Sequence record: SRR16203515_2205
DNA: 59,001 nucleotides
Reading direction: 5' to 3' (one strand)
Shown here piece by piece: positions 20,774 to 30,806 of this stretch (position 1 is its first letter; the number at the start of each line of letters is the position of its first letter). The notes below the pieces were generated by a model. It searched no databases. It had not been told where the DNA came from and was given only the letters and a program-made list of their open reading frames with translations. The position numbers were made by a program, and so were the translations under genes.

Positions 20774-22567
20774 ATGACAACCGAAGATAACGAAAGTGCT
20801 GTTATCCCAGAGGTATTAAGGCAGAATATTGAAACACTTGAAGAGCTGAACCAGCGCTTTGTTTCTGTGCTGCAGAATAAGAAAAAAATCAATCCTTCTT
20901 TGAACGGTCCTGGCCAAGATTTAATGGTCAAAGCATCGCATGCCTATTGGTCAAACTTTATGGAAAACCCAGCCAACCTGATGGAAAAGCAGATTTCCTA
21001 TTGGGGTAAAACGCTGGAATATTTTGTCGAAGCGCAACATGCGTTTACTCAGGGACAGTTTCAAATCCCACAAGCGGATGGCAAACCAGATCGTCGATTT
21101 AAGCATGAAATGTGGTCCTTAAACCCGTATTTCAATTTTGTGAAAGAACATTACTTGCGCACCGCTGATCTGATCAATTCGGCGATCTCAGAATTGGACG
21201 GGATGGAGCCAAAGGAAAAGCGCCGTTTGGAATTTTTCACGCGCCAAATCGTGGATATGATGTCGCCTACAAACTTCTTGGCAACAAACCCTGATGCGCT
21301 TGAACGGGCGATGGAAACCCAAGGGCAATCATTGATCGACGGGATGCAAAATTTGATCGCCGATCTTGAGGCGAATGAAGGTGAACTGGTTGTTCGCTTG
21401 GCTGATGAAACCGCGTTCGAAGTTGGCGGTAACATTGCAACCGCAAAGGGCAGTGTGGTTTTTCGCAACGAAATGTTTGAGTTAATCCAATACGCCCCAA
21501 CGACAGAAACGGTACATGAAACCCCGATCATTATGTTTCCGCCTTGGATCAACAAATATTATATCCTTGATCTAAAGGAGCAGAACAGCTTGATCCGTTG
21601 GGTCGTTGATCAGGGGTATACATTATTCGTAGTGTCATGGGTGAACCCAGATGCCAGCTATGCTGACATTGGCATGGAAGAATATATTGAAAACGGGTAC
21701 CTAAAGTCGATTGAAGTTGTGAAAGAGATCACGGATCACCCACAAGTCAATGCCATTGGATATTGTATTGCGGGGACGACCTTGGCGCTGACACTATCAC
21801 TTTTGAAGCAGCTCAAAGATGACAGCGTGAAGTCAGCAACCTTTTTCACGGCACTTACCGATTTTTCTGAACAACGCGAATTTACCCCATTTTTGCAGAA
21901 TGATTTCATTGATGCGATCGAAGATGAAATCAATGACAAAGGTATACTGGAAAGCTTTATCATGGCGCGCACCTTTAGTTTCCTGCGTGCCAATGATCTG
22001 GTTTATGCTCCTGCCGTCAAAAGTTACATGATGGGCGAAGCCCCCCCTGCGTTTGATTTGCTATATTGGAACGGCGATGGGTCTAGTTTACCTGGAAAGA
22101 TGGCCATCCAATATTTGCGTGGCCTGTGTCAGGATAATAAATTTGCCTCTGGCGAATTTGAACTGTTGGGGCATAAGTTGAAACTCTCGGATGTTGATGT
22201 GCCCCTGTGCTCGGTTGCTTGTGAAACGGATCACATCGCCGCGTGGCCAGATTGTTACCGCGGGGTGCAAAACATGGGCAGCAGCGATAAAACATTCATT
22301 TTGTCCGAGTCTGGTCATATCGCAGGCATCGTGAACCCACCCAGTAAGAAAAAATATGGTCACTATACTTTGGACGATATCGGTTTGGATGCAGATGACT
22401 GGAAAGAGGGTGCATCCTTTAACGAAGGCAGTTGGTGGCCACGTTGGAATGATTGGATTTCGCGACTGTCTGGCGACCAAGTCCCCGCGCGCATTCCTGG
22501 AACTGGATCGTTCAAAGTGATTTGTGACGCACCAGGCACCTATGTTTTGCGCAGATCGCATGTGTAA
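20774..22567 (+). CDS. phaC: Class I PHA synthase
   Basis: PPWINKYYILDL, lipase-like box GYCIAGT, FDLLYWN, SGHIAG, GSWWP. Confidence 0.96.
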   Translation: MTTEDNESAVIPEVLRQNIETLEELNQRFVSVLQNKKKINPSLNGPGQDLMVKASHAYWSNFMENPANLMEKQISYWGKTLEYFVEAQHAFTQGQFQIPQADGKPDRRFKHEMWSLNPYFNFVKEHYLRTADLINSAISELDGMEPKEKRRLEFFTRQIVDMMSPTNFLATNPDALERAMETQGQSLIDGMQNLIADLEANEGELVVRLADETAFEVGGNIATAKGSVVFRNEMFELIQYAPTTETVHETPIIMFPPWINKYYILDLKEQNSLIRWVVDQGYTLFVVSWVNPDASYADIGMEEYIENGYLKSIEVVKEITDHPQVNAIGYCIAGTTLALTLSLLKQLKDDSVKSATFFTALTDFSEQREFTPFLQNDFIDAIEDEINDKGILESFIMARTFSFLRANDLVYAPAVKSYMMGEAPPAFDLLYWNGDGSSLPGKMAIQYLRGLCQDNKFASGEFELLGHKLKLSDVDVPLCSVACETDHIAAWPDCYRGVQNMGSSDKTFILSESGHIAGIVNPPSKKKYGHYTLDDIGLDADDWKEGASFNEGSWWPRWNDWISRLSGDQVPARIPGTGSFKVICDAPGTYVLRRSHV

Positions 22568-22589
22568 TGTGAATTTTTTGTAAAAAATG

Positions 22590-22631
22590 CTGCGATGCAG
22601 AAAAACACTTGCAATGCTGCGTTGCAGCATT
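22590..22631. promoter_or_regulatory. Two PhaR-type operators upstream of phaP
   Basis: CTGC-gat-GCAG (22590-22600) and the palindrome AATGCTGC-gtt-GCAGCATT (22613-22631). Confidence 0.75.
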
Positions 22632-22683
22632 TATATCTTGGTTAAACGCAAGACGGTCTTGCATAACGTGAAAGGAATTTCCG

Positions 22684-23133
22684 ATGACCAAAGTAGAAGA
22701 TATGACAAAAGTATTTAAAGACATGATGGGTTCATTTCCAGTAGACATGAGCGCATTTGACGACGCATTCAAAACCACAGCGTCAATGAACGAAAAGCTA
22801 GCGAACGTTGCAGTTGAAGCAGCAGAAAAATCAGCAGAAATTTCATCAAAGTGGACAAAAGACACATTGGCGAAAATCGCGGACGTTTCAAAAGCAAAAG
22901 CAGACCCAGCCGATTATGCCAAAGCGGCAGCTGATTTCGCCACAGCACAGGCAGAAGTTGCAGCAGAAAACATGGCAGCCTTTGCGGAAGTTGCAAAGAA
23001 AGTTCAAATGGACACAGTTGAGTTGCTAATGTCGACTGGCAAAAATATGTCAGAAGAAGCGACAGCAGCGGTGAAAAAAGCAACTGCTGACGTAACTGCG
23101 GCTACACGCAAGGCGACAGCAGCAGCAAAATAA
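22684..23133 (+). CDS. phaP: Phasin
   Basis: Ala/Lys-rich helical protein, FAEVAKKVQMDTVELL, between phaC and phaR. Confidence 0.9.
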   Translation: MTKVEDMTKVFKDMMGSFPVDMSAFDDAFKTTASMNEKLANVAVEAAEKSAEISSKWTKDTLAKIADVSKAKADPADYAKAAADFATAQAEVAAENMAAFAEVAKKVQMDTVELLMSTGKNMSEEATAAVKKATADVTAATRKATAAAK

Positions 23134-23155
23134 TTCGCTACCATTCACGATTATT

Positions 23156-23190
23156 GAAAGGGTGCGCATGATCGCACCCTTTCTTTTTTT
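23156..23190 (+). terminator. Intrinsic terminator after phaP
   Basis: GAAAGGGTGCG-catgat-CGCACCCTTTC followed by T7. Confidence 0.85.
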
Positions 23191-23241
23191 GCTGCAATCG
23201 CTAATCTATGCTGCAACGCTGCATTTTTAGGGAGAATCGTT

Positions 23242-23787
23242 GTGGCAAACGCAAAAGAAAAACTACTGATTAAACGGTATGCGAGCCGCCGTCTCTATAA
23301 TACGGAAACCAGCGATTACGTCACGCTTGAGGATATTTCGGGGTTCATTCGCGATGGTCGCGATGTGCAAATCATGGATTTGAAATCTGGTGATGATCTG
23401 ACGCGTCAGTATTTGTTGCAAATTATCGCAGAACACGAAAGCCGCGGTGAAAATGTCCTACCCGTTGACGTTTTGACCGATCTTGTCAGAAGCTATACCA
23501 ATCAAGCTGCATCTGTTGTTCCGGAATTCCTGTCGATGTCATTTGAGATGCTGCGCGATGGACAGAACAAGATGATGGAAAATATTGGTATGAATTCCAT
23601 GAATTCGATGCCCGGTTTCGAAGCGATGAAGGCGCAACAAGAAGCATTTATGAAAGCCTTTGGATGGCCATCCGCGGATCAAATGCCATCTGAACCCGCA
23701 AAAGACGCAGGCGGCAGTGACGATCTGGATGCGATCAAGGCACAGCTGAGCGCACTTCAAGATCAACTCTCAAAGATGAGCAAATAG
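23242..23787 (+). CDS. phaR: PHA synthesis repressor
   Basis: IKRYASRRLYNTETSDYVTL, GDDLTRQYLLQII; near-consensus operator CTGC-aac-GCTG at 23211-23221. Confidence 0.95.
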   Translation: MANAKEKLLIKRYASRRLYNTETSDYVTLEDISGFIRDGRDVQIMDLKSGDDLTRQYLLQIIAEHESRGENVLPVDVLTDLVRSYTNQAASVVPEFLSMSFEMLRDGQNKMMENIGMNSMNSMPGFEAMKAQQEAFMKAFGWPSADQMPSEPAKDAGGSDDLDAIKAQLSALQDQLSKMSK

Positions 23788-23797
23788 GGGCGGACTT

Positions 23798-24277
23798 ATT
23801 TCTGCGTCTTTTGATCAGACCTCTCATTTCCTAGGTGGATGTCAGTGCGGAAACATCCGCTATGCTATTTCGGCGGATCCGATTGTAGCCTATTGTTGTC
23901 ACTGCACAGATTGTCGGGCCCAAAGCAGTGGTGCATTTGGTATATCTGTTTGGTTTCCCACGTCGCGATTTACGATTACGCAAGGCAAGCTAGCCCAGTA
24001 CGGGTTTACGCTTGATAGTGGTGATGAAAAGCTCTGCGCGTTCTGTCTCGATTGCGGTTCGCGCATCTATCACACGGGCACCGATGAGAGTGATATTTTA
24101 AGTCTCAAAGGTGGTTCGCTGGATATGATGCATCGCATTAGTCCTGTTGGACATATTTGGACAGACAGCGCGCTTGAATGGATCAAACGGGGAAATTTGC
24201 AGGGGTTCATTTACACCCATCAACCCGACAGTTTTGATGATATGATTGCGAAATTTGTTCCACCAATGTTGGATTAA
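23798..24277 (+). CDS. GFA (Mss4-like zinc-binding) family protein with an apparent ATT start
   Basis: Not in the ORF track. Open frame: ISASFDQTSHFLGGCQCGNIRY...CCHCTDCR...FCLDCGSRIY...GSLD...HIWTDSALEW...MLD*. Its stop overlaps the convergent gene's stop (TTAA). Confidence 0.8.
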   Translation: MSASFDQTSHFLGGCQCGNIRYAISADPIVAYCCHCTDCRAQSSGAFGISVWFPTSRFTITQGKLAQYGFTLDSGDEKLCAFCLDCGSRIYHTGTDESDILSLKGGSLDMMHRISPVGHIWTDSALEWIKRGNLQGFIYTHQPDSFDDMIAKFVPPMLD

Positions 24278-25581
24278 ATTCCGAAACGATCACGCAACCC
24301 ATACCATGTCATCGCCAGAACCAATAGGGGCGAACGTAGCAATGTGCCCCCAGGAAAGCGCTGACTTGGTACAGATGCCATAGCATCAAAGCCCGTGCTA
24401 TCACCATGAATCGCCTGCGCAATCAACTGACCCGCATGCGTGGCGGTTCCCACTCCATGGCCTGAATACCCTGTGGCGGCCCAACTGTTTTTCGATGGTC
24501 GCGCGAAATAGGGCATCCGTCGAATGGTGATACCCAATGTTCCCCCCCACGCGTAATCGATTTTGACATCGCGTAGCTGTGGGAAAATTTCCAACATTGG
24601 TTTGCGAACGGTGGCCGCGATATCCTTGGGAAATTGATACCCATAATTTTCGCCACCCCCAAACAGTAATCTGTTGTCGGTAGATTTGCGGAAATAATTT
24701 ACAACAAACTTACTGTCGGCCACGGCAATGTTGTCGTTTGGGATCACATCCAGATCATTGTCCAGTGGCTCTGTTGCCACGATGAAATTGTTGATGGGCA
24801 TGATCCGCGCAGCAATACTGGGTTCCAAATCACCCAAATATCCATTGCAGGCATAAACAATGTGGTCGCACGACACGGACCCATGTTCCGTTATCACTTG
24901 AATTTTGTGTGGCTGTTGTTCGACCTGCGCGACAAGGGATTGTTCAAAAATTTGAACACCCAATTGCTGCGCAGCATTGGCCAATCCCAATACGTATTTC
25001 AGCGGGTGCAAATGTGCAGAATTCCAATCAATAAAGCCGCCGTGATATGCATCAGTGTCACAAAACCTACGCCCCTCAGCAACACTCAGCGATTGGACAT
25101 GTTCCGCGTCGTAGGTTTGATGCAAGAAATCAGCATACTCACGCATCTGATCCCCAAGTCGTTGGGTGTGACCCAGATTTGCAACACCTGACGTTAAGTC
25201 GCAATCAATGTCAAACTTATTGATCAGTGATTTAACCAATGCTTGCGCGTCCAGCGCCATGTTCCACAACACACGAGCAGCATCATCACCCAGAAAATCA
25301 ATCAGGTCATCCTGATCCATCCGTTGGCCCATACCCAACTGACCACCATTGCGTCCCGACGCACCAAAGCCTATGCGCTGTGCCTCAAGTATTGTTACGG
25401 AATATCCAAACTCGGCCAGATGCAGTGCGGTTGAAATACCCGTAAATCCCGCGCCAATGACACAAACATCTGCACTTTCTGAACCCATCAGCGCAGGACA
25501 GAGCGCCAGAGGCTTTGCTGTGTCGGCATACCAACTTTTGGGGTATTCGCCACGTCGATCATTTGCATAGAGCAGGTTCAT
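24274..25581 (-). CDS. FAD-dependent oxidoreductase, gamma-glutamylputrescine oxidase (PuuB)-like
   Basis: VIGAGFTG, GASGRNGGQ, LHPLKY, GYSGHGV. Confidence 0.88.
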   Translation of the reverse strand: MNLLYANDRRGEYPKSWYADTAKPLALCPALMGSESADVCVIGAGFTGISTALHLAEFGYSVTILEAQRIGFGASGRNGGQLGMGQRMDQDDLIDFLGDDAARVLWNMALDAQALVKSLINKFDIDCDLTSGVANLGHTQRLGDQMREYADFLHQTYDAEHVQSLSVAEGRRFCDTDAYHGGFIDWNSAHLHPLKYVLGLANAAQQLGVQIFEQSLVAQVEQQPHKIQVITEHGSVSCDHIVYACNGYLGDLEPSIAARIMPINNFIVATEPLDNDLDVIPNDNIAVADSKFVVNYFRKSTDNRLLFGGGENYGYQFPKDIAATVRKPMLEIFPQLRDVKIDYAWGGTLGITIRRMPYFARPSKNSWAATGYSGHGVGTATHAGQLIAQAIHGDSTGFDAMASVPSQRFPGGTLLRSPLLVLAMTWYGLRDRFGI

Positions 25582-26948
25582 ACGTTCAACAGAAGGTGTT
25601 CGCGTTCCCATGGACTGATGACTTGCAAAAATTCTTCGTATTCCGTCCGTTTTACGATGGAATACACCCGTGCAAATTCGGGTCCCAAAATTTCGTGAAG
25701 CTCTTCAGATGCTTCGAATAAATCTAACGCCTCGCCCATGACACGCGGGATGTCCTCATCCCCTTCATAGGCGTCACCTTTGAACTGTTTGGTCGGACGA
25801 ATTTCGTTGACCATGCCCAAATACCCGCAGGCAAGGGATGCCGCGATACCCAAGTAGGGATTACAATCCATACCCGCCAAACGATTTTCCACCCGACGTC
25901 CTTTGGCATCAGACAATGGAATACGAATACCTGTCGTGCGATTGTCGCGCGCCCATTCCAAATTGATTGGGGCTGCATGATCTTTCACATAACGCCGATA
26001 TGAATTCACATAGGGTGCCAAGACCGCAATGGCCGCAGGCAAGTATTTCTGCAGGCCGCCGATTAAATAGAAAAACAGATCTGTTTCACCACCCTGCGGA
26101 CCAGAAAAGATATTCTGGCCAGTTTCCGTATCAATGATCGAATGGTGGATATGCATTGCGCTGCCAGGCTCATCCTCGATCGGTTTTGCCATAAAGGTTG
26201 CGAAACAATCATGACGCAATGCGGCCTCTCGGATCAAACGTTTGAAATAAAATACCTCGTCGGCAAGGCGCACGGGATCGCCGTGGCGTAGATTGATTTC
26301 CAACTGGCCTGCACCGCCTTCCTGGGTGATGCCATCAATTTCAAACCCTTGCGCTTCTGCGAAATCATAAATGTCATCGATCACAGGTCCGAATTCATCC
26401 ACCGCGGTCATAGAATAGGCCTGCCGCGCGGCCGCCGGTCGGCCCGAACGTCCCATCATAGGTTGAATTGATTTTGCGGGATCAATGTTGCGAGCAACCA
26501 AGAAAAACTCCATTTCTGGTGCAACAACCGGCGTCCATCCCTTTTTTTGATATAGCTCAACAACACGTTTCAAAACGTTGCGGGGGGCAAAGGGAACGGG
26601 TTCCCCTTTGCGATCAAAGGCATCGTGAATGACCTGAAGCGTCCAATCCCCTGTCCATGGTGCTGCCGATGTCGTGGAATGATCGGGCCGCATAATCATA
26701 TCCCGTTCAATAAACCCTTCCGCACCCGCGGCTTCGCCCCAATCGCCTGTGATTGTTTGGTAAAATATCGAATCTGGCAAATGAAACGAACCTTGGCGTG
26801 CGTATTTCGCCGCAGGCACGGCCTTGCCACGCGCAATACCCGGCAAATCGGCAATGACGCATTCAACTTCGTCAAGTTTTCTTCCCGTCAGATAGTCTTG
26901 GGCGTGCTGAGGGAGTAAAGATAAAAAGGTTTCAAGGTCATTGGACAT
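25578..26948 (-). CDS. Glutamine synthetase-like gamma-glutamyl-amine ligase (PuuA-like)
   Basis: APEMEFF, EGGAGQLEIN, FMAKP, GSAMHIH, NSYRRY, RVENR, NPYL. Confidence 0.88.
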   Translation of the reverse strand: MSNDLETFLSLLPQHAQDYLTGRKLDEVECVIADLPGIARGKAVPAAKYARQGSFHLPDSIFYQTITGDWGEAAGAEGFIERDMIMRPDHSTTSAAPWTGDWTLQVIHDAFDRKGEPVPFAPRNVLKRVVELYQKKGWTPVVAPEMEFFLVARNIDPAKSIQPMMGRSGRPAAARQAYSMTAVDEFGPVIDDIYDFAEAQGFEIDGITQEGGAGQLEINLRHGDPVRLADEVFYFKRLIREAALRHDCFATFMAKPIEDEPGSAMHIHHSIIDTETGQNIFSGPQGGETDLFFYLIGGLQKYLPAAIAVLAPYVNSYRRYVKDHAAPINLEWARDNRTTGIRIPLSDAKGRRVENRLAGMDCNPYLGIAASLACGYLGMVNEIRPTKQFKGDAYEGDEDIPRVMGEALDLFEASEELHEILGPEFARVYSIVKRTEYEEFLQVISPWEREHLLLNV

Positions 26949-27634
26949 TACGTCCTCTTTTCTTGTTGGAAATGACGCGCAATTTTGTCGGCCATTTCGG
27001 GTTGTGCAGCCTTCTCTTGCAGGCGCGATTTTGCTGTGTTTAGCAGATCATCTGGAACCACGCCCTGACCGCGGTGATCAATCAAACCTTTGGTGAAGGA
27101 GGCGTCAAATTCTGGATGGGGTTGAAATGTTAATATGTGATTGCCGTAACTTAGAACCGCGTTCGCGCAAAAATCGGATTGACCAATCACCTGAGCGTCT
27201 GTTGGAAGTGTAACAACCTGATCCTGATGCCAGGCGTTTAGGGAATAGGTTTGACCATCGATTTCATAATCCGTCAGGCCAACACACCATCCGCCATCGA
27301 ATTTTTCGACACGGCCACCAAGGGCCTGCGCGATGATCTGATGTCCAAAACATATGCCGACCAACAGGCGTTTGTCGTGATGAATTTTGCGGATCAAATC
27401 TTCTAAGGGTGGGATCCAATAATGGGGTTCATATGCGCCATGTTTTGACCCCGTAATTAACCAACCATCGGCCGCCTCTGGCCCATTGGGAAAAACGCCA
27501 TCAACAACGGCGTATGTTTCGAATTCAAAATCATATGACCCAAGCAATGTTTTGAACAAGGCATCATAATCGCCCAAATCATTGATTAGGGCATCTGGTG
27601 AATGGCCAGTGGCAAGAATGCCAATTTTCATCAT
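26948..27634 (-). CDS. Type 1 glutamine amidotransferase (possible gamma-glutamyl hydrolase)
   Basis: ITGS, GICFGHQ, QPHPEF catalytic triad. Confidence 0.88.
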   Translation of the reverse strand: MMKIGILATGHSPDALINDLGDYDALFKTLLGSYDFEFETYAVVDGVFPNGPEAADGWLITGSKHGAYEPHYWIPPLEDLIRKIHHDKRLLVGICFGHQIIAQALGGRVEKFDGGWCVGLTDYEIDGQTYSLNAWHQDQVVTLPTDAQVIGQSDFCANAVLSYGNHILTFQPHPEFDASFTKGLIDHRGQGVVPDDLLNTAKSRLQEKAAQPEMADKIARHFQQEKRT

Positions 27635-27659
27635 CTTAAACCTACTTTTATTCAGAATA

Positions 27660-28976
27660 TCATACGGTTTCTAAATATGATTTCCAGTGTTCGGACATAT
27701 CGATATCAGCCAAGAGCGATAGCTCTTGTTGTTTTGTCAGGCACAGATTTTCTATCAATGCCTGAGGCAAAATACGCGCGATCAGCGGATCGCTTTCAAA
27801 TGCGTCAATTGCATCCTGCCATGTTGGGGCAAGTTGGGGCAAATCCAGATCATAGGCGTTTCCTGTGATTGGATCAGGTGGAGCCATTTCATCTTCGATA
27901 CCTGCCAATGCTGCTCCTAGGATCACAGAAAGGACAAGGTATGGATTGATATCACCCCCTGCAACACGGTGTTCGATCCGTCGCGCTTTTGGATGGCTTT
28001 CTGGAATACGAAGGGCCGAAGTACGATTTTCATAAGCCCAGCTTGCGCCTGTCGGAGCGTGCGTGTTGGGCACTAGACGTTCGTAACTATTGCCATGGGG
28101 GGCAAAGACCAAGGTGGATGCAGCCATCGCCTCAAGGCACCCTGCAACAGCATGGCGCAGCATCACGGTCCCTTCGGCTCCGCCATTGTCAAATATATTG
28201 TTCCCCTCTTCATCCAAGACTGAGAAATGCACATGCATTCCATTTCCAGCCTCATGGGCAAAGGGTTTGGCCATAAAGGTCGCGGCCATTCCATGTTTCC
28301 GGGCAAGCCCCCGAACCAGTGATTTGAACAACCATGTGTCATCTGCTGCGCGCATTGCTTCGGAATGTGTTAGGTTTACTTCGAATTGGCCCAAGCCCGC
28401 CTCGGAAATGGCCGTTTGTGCATCGATCCCCATAAGTTCGCAGGCATCGTAAAGTTCCGAAAAATAGGCATCAAAACTGTCCAACTGGCGAAGTGACATA
28501 TAGGCGCGTCCGACAAGGGGACGCCCACTTTGTGGATTAATTGGGGGACTTAGGTTTTCGTGACTGTCGTCAACCAAATAAAATTCCAATTCGGTTGCGG
28601 CCACGACCTGCCAACCGCGGGTGGCATAGCGGTCCAAGACCCGTGCGAGTGCGTGACGGGGATCCCCCGCAAAAGGTGTGCGATCAACCTCATACGTCCA
28701 CATGGGGACAAAGAATGTCGGTACCTCCAGCCAAGGCATTGGAACAGGACCACGGTCCGTTGGCAGAAGAATTCCGTCCGCATCCCCCGTTTCAAACACC
28801 AATGGGCTGTTTTTGATATCTGACCCCCAAACGTCCAGGTTAAGGGCCGACAAAGGCAGTTTGATCGCCCCTTGGTCTACGTTGTTATAATCAGAGATGG
28901 GTAGACGTTTTCCCCGCATCTGACCATTCAGGTCACATGTTGCAACCCTGAACGTTCGGAATTGGTTCAAATCCAT
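27660..28976 (-). CDS. Second glutamine synthetase-like gamma-glutamyl ligase
   Basis: DLNGQMRGK, ATELEFY, EAGLGQFE, GNGMHVH, NSYERL, RIEHR. Confidence 0.88.
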   Translation of the reverse strand: MDLNQFRTFRVATCDLNGQMRGKRLPISDYNNVDQGAIKLPLSALNLDVWGSDIKNSPLVFETGDADGILLPTDRGPVPMPWLEVPTFFVPMWTYEVDRTPFAGDPRHALARVLDRYATRGWQVVAATELEFYLVDDSHENLSPPINPQSGRPLVGRAYMSLRQLDSFDAYFSELYDACELMGIDAQTAISEAGLGQFEVNLTHSEAMRAADDTWLFKSLVRGLARKHGMAATFMAKPFAHEAGNGMHVHFSVLDEEGNNIFDNGGAEGTVMLRHAVAGCLEAMAASTLVFAPHGNSYERLVPNTHAPTGASWAYENRTSALRIPESHPKARRIEHRVAGGDINPYLVLSVILGAALAGIEDEMAPPDPITGNAYDLDLPQLAPTWQDAIDAFESDPLIARILPQALIENLCLTKQQELSLLADIDMSEHWKSYLETV

Positions 28977-29060
28977 GAGAGCCTCGTTCAATAATTTGAT
29001 CAAATTATTTCACCACCCTTGCCTTTTGTCTAGTAGAGAGGTGAAAGATTTTTATTTTTC

Positions 29061-29867
29061 CTAACGGATGATGTTCATCCGCAGTTTGATTTTGCCACGA
29101 TCTGAGACGGGCAAATGGCGGTTCAATCGTTTATTAACAAGGCCATAGAGACCAATCACGATTAGCGTCAGGACAATAAAATATCCCGCCAAAATCGGGT
29201 AAGGGACAAAGGGATTGAATGTTTTGTCCGCAAAATAGTTTGCATAATATAGCGCATCCCCGCGTTGACGTGTTGTGGGAAAGCCTGAAAAAAACACCAG
29301 TGTTGTCGCGTGAAACAAAAAGATAGCTTCGTTGGTATAGGCAGGCCAGGCCAGCCGTAACATCGTTGGCCAAGTGATCCGTCGAAAACGTTTCCATCCC
29401 GTCAGTCCATAGGCGTCGGCGGCTTCAATATCACCCTTGGGAATGGACTGAAGGGCACCATAAAAAATTTCGCCCGTGTATGCAGATGTATTGAGAAACA
29501 GTACAACCAGCGCTCCGATCCACGCCGAGGTGAGCGGGCCAAATATTGGGAAACTTTGTTTGAGTGAGAGGAATAGGAAATACGCGAAGAAGAACTGGAT
29601 AAAGAGTGGGGAGCCCCGAAAGATGAAAATCGTCCATTCAGCACTGCGTCGAAAGATCGGATTGGTGGACATTTTACCAAGCGCAAGAAGTGTCGCAAAG
29701 AAAAATCCAGAAATCAGGGCAAGCACACCAAAATAAATGTTCCAGATCATGCCCGATCCGATCAGCGTGAATTGGTGGCAAAGCGTGAATTCATTGCGCG
29801 GCAATAAACGTTCCCCAATTCCAACAGAACGCAGGCCGTAATCCGCGATGATGTCCCAACAACTCAT
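29061..29867 (-). CDS. Polar amino acid ABC transporter permease (HisM-like)
   Basis: FRGSPLFIQ, AYTGEIFYGA, EAA loop, PAYTNE. Confidence 0.9.
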   Translation of the reverse strand: MSCWDIIADYGLRSVGIGERLLPRNEFTLCHQFTLIGSGMIWNIYFGVLALISGFFFATLLALGKMSTNPIFRRSAEWTIFIFRGSPLFIQFFFAYFLFLSLKQSFPIFGPLTSAWIGALVVLFLNTSAYTGEIFYGALQSIPKGDIEAADAYGLTGWKRFRRITWPTMLRLAWPAYTNEAIFLFHATTLVFFSGFPTTRQRGDALYYANYFADKTFNPFVPYPILAGYFIVLTLIVIGLYGLVNKRLNRHLPVSDRGKIKLRMNIIR

Positions 29868-30748
29868 GCTTTGGCCCTCCGCTGGGCTTCACCTGCGGCT
29901 GTCGCCTGTCCATGTGTCAAACGTTTCATAAGTCGGTCTAATACGATTTCAGACACCTTTGTGAACATCAGGTAATATATCAGCAGGGCAAGGAAATACC
30001 ACATCCGCCAATCGGGGTGTGGATAATCGGTAAAGCGTGCGGTTTTGGATCCACCCAATTCGCGCGCCCAATACACAATATCTTCAACCCCCAGAAGGAA
30101 CAAAAGCGGCGTGGCCTTGATCAAGACCATCCACAAATTCCCAAGTCCAGGAAGCGCATAGACCCACATTTGTGGAACGGTGATACGCCAAAACACCTGC
30201 GATGATGTCATGCCGTATGCGTATGCTGTTTCCTGCTGCGCATAGGGCACGGCACGCATAGCGCCAAACAAAACATTGGCTGAAAACGCCCCAAATACAA
30301 TCGCAAAGGTAAAGACAGCAAGCGCAAATCCATAGGTTTCATGTATCCATTGCGGTGCACTGCTAAGGGGTAGTTTTGCGGCCTGACACACCACAAAATC
30401 GTTTCCCTGTCTGATCGGTTCGCTCCAGTCTGGGCATAGCATTTTGTGACGTGACCACTCCAGAAATTGGTCCAATGCAATGACAAAGAACATAAAAAAC
30501 GCAATTTCCGGGACACCTCGCACGATGGCGATGTAGGCGCGACCAAACAGGCTGAATACGAAAAATTTTGAACGCGCAGCCATTGCGCCCACAAAACCAA
30601 ATCCCAAGGCACACGGTGCCGTAATTCCAAGTAATAATAGCACCGTCAAAAAGGACCAATAAAATCCCATGTGTTTCGGAGTTGTGAGGTAACACAACAT
30701 CCACTGGAACTGGCCTAGGCTGTCAGGATCGGTGCAAAATTCGAACAT
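29864..30748 (-). CDS. Polar amino acid ABC transporter permease (HisQ-like)
   Basis: VRGVPE, ALPGLGNLWMVLIKATP. Start MFEFC. Confidence 0.88.
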   Translation of the reverse strand: MFEFCTDPDSLGQFQWMLCYLTTPKHMGFYWSFLTVLLLLGITAPCALGFGFVGAMAARSKFFVFSLFGRAYIAIVRGVPEIAFFMFFVIALDQFLEWSRHKMLCPDWSEPIRQGNDFVVCQAAKLPLSSAPQWIHETYGFALAVFTFAIVFGAFSANVLFGAMRAVPYAQQETAYAYGMTSSQVFWRITVPQMWVYALPGLGNLWMVLIKATPLLFLLGVEDIVYWARELGGSKTARFTDYPHPDWRMWYFLALLIYYLMFTKVSEIVLDRLMKRLTHGQATAAGEAQRRAKA

Positions 30749-30759
30749 ATCGTGGATCA

Positions 30760-30793
30760 AATAAAATTGCGGCACGCTGGTCGCGTGCCGCAA
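30760..30793 (-). terminator. Hairpin after the substrate-binding gene (partial terminator or mRNA stabiliser)
   Basis: TTGCGGCACGC-N5-GCGTGCCGCAA followed by TTTTATTT on the minus strand. Confidence 0.7.
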
Positions 30794-30806
30794 AAACGTA
30801 TCGTGA

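Noticed and set aside
22684..23133. A-rich, repetitive-looking DNA suggesting foreign origin or tandem repeats
   Set aside because: Explained by the Ala/Lys-rich phasin and GCA/AAA codon use in its normal pha context.
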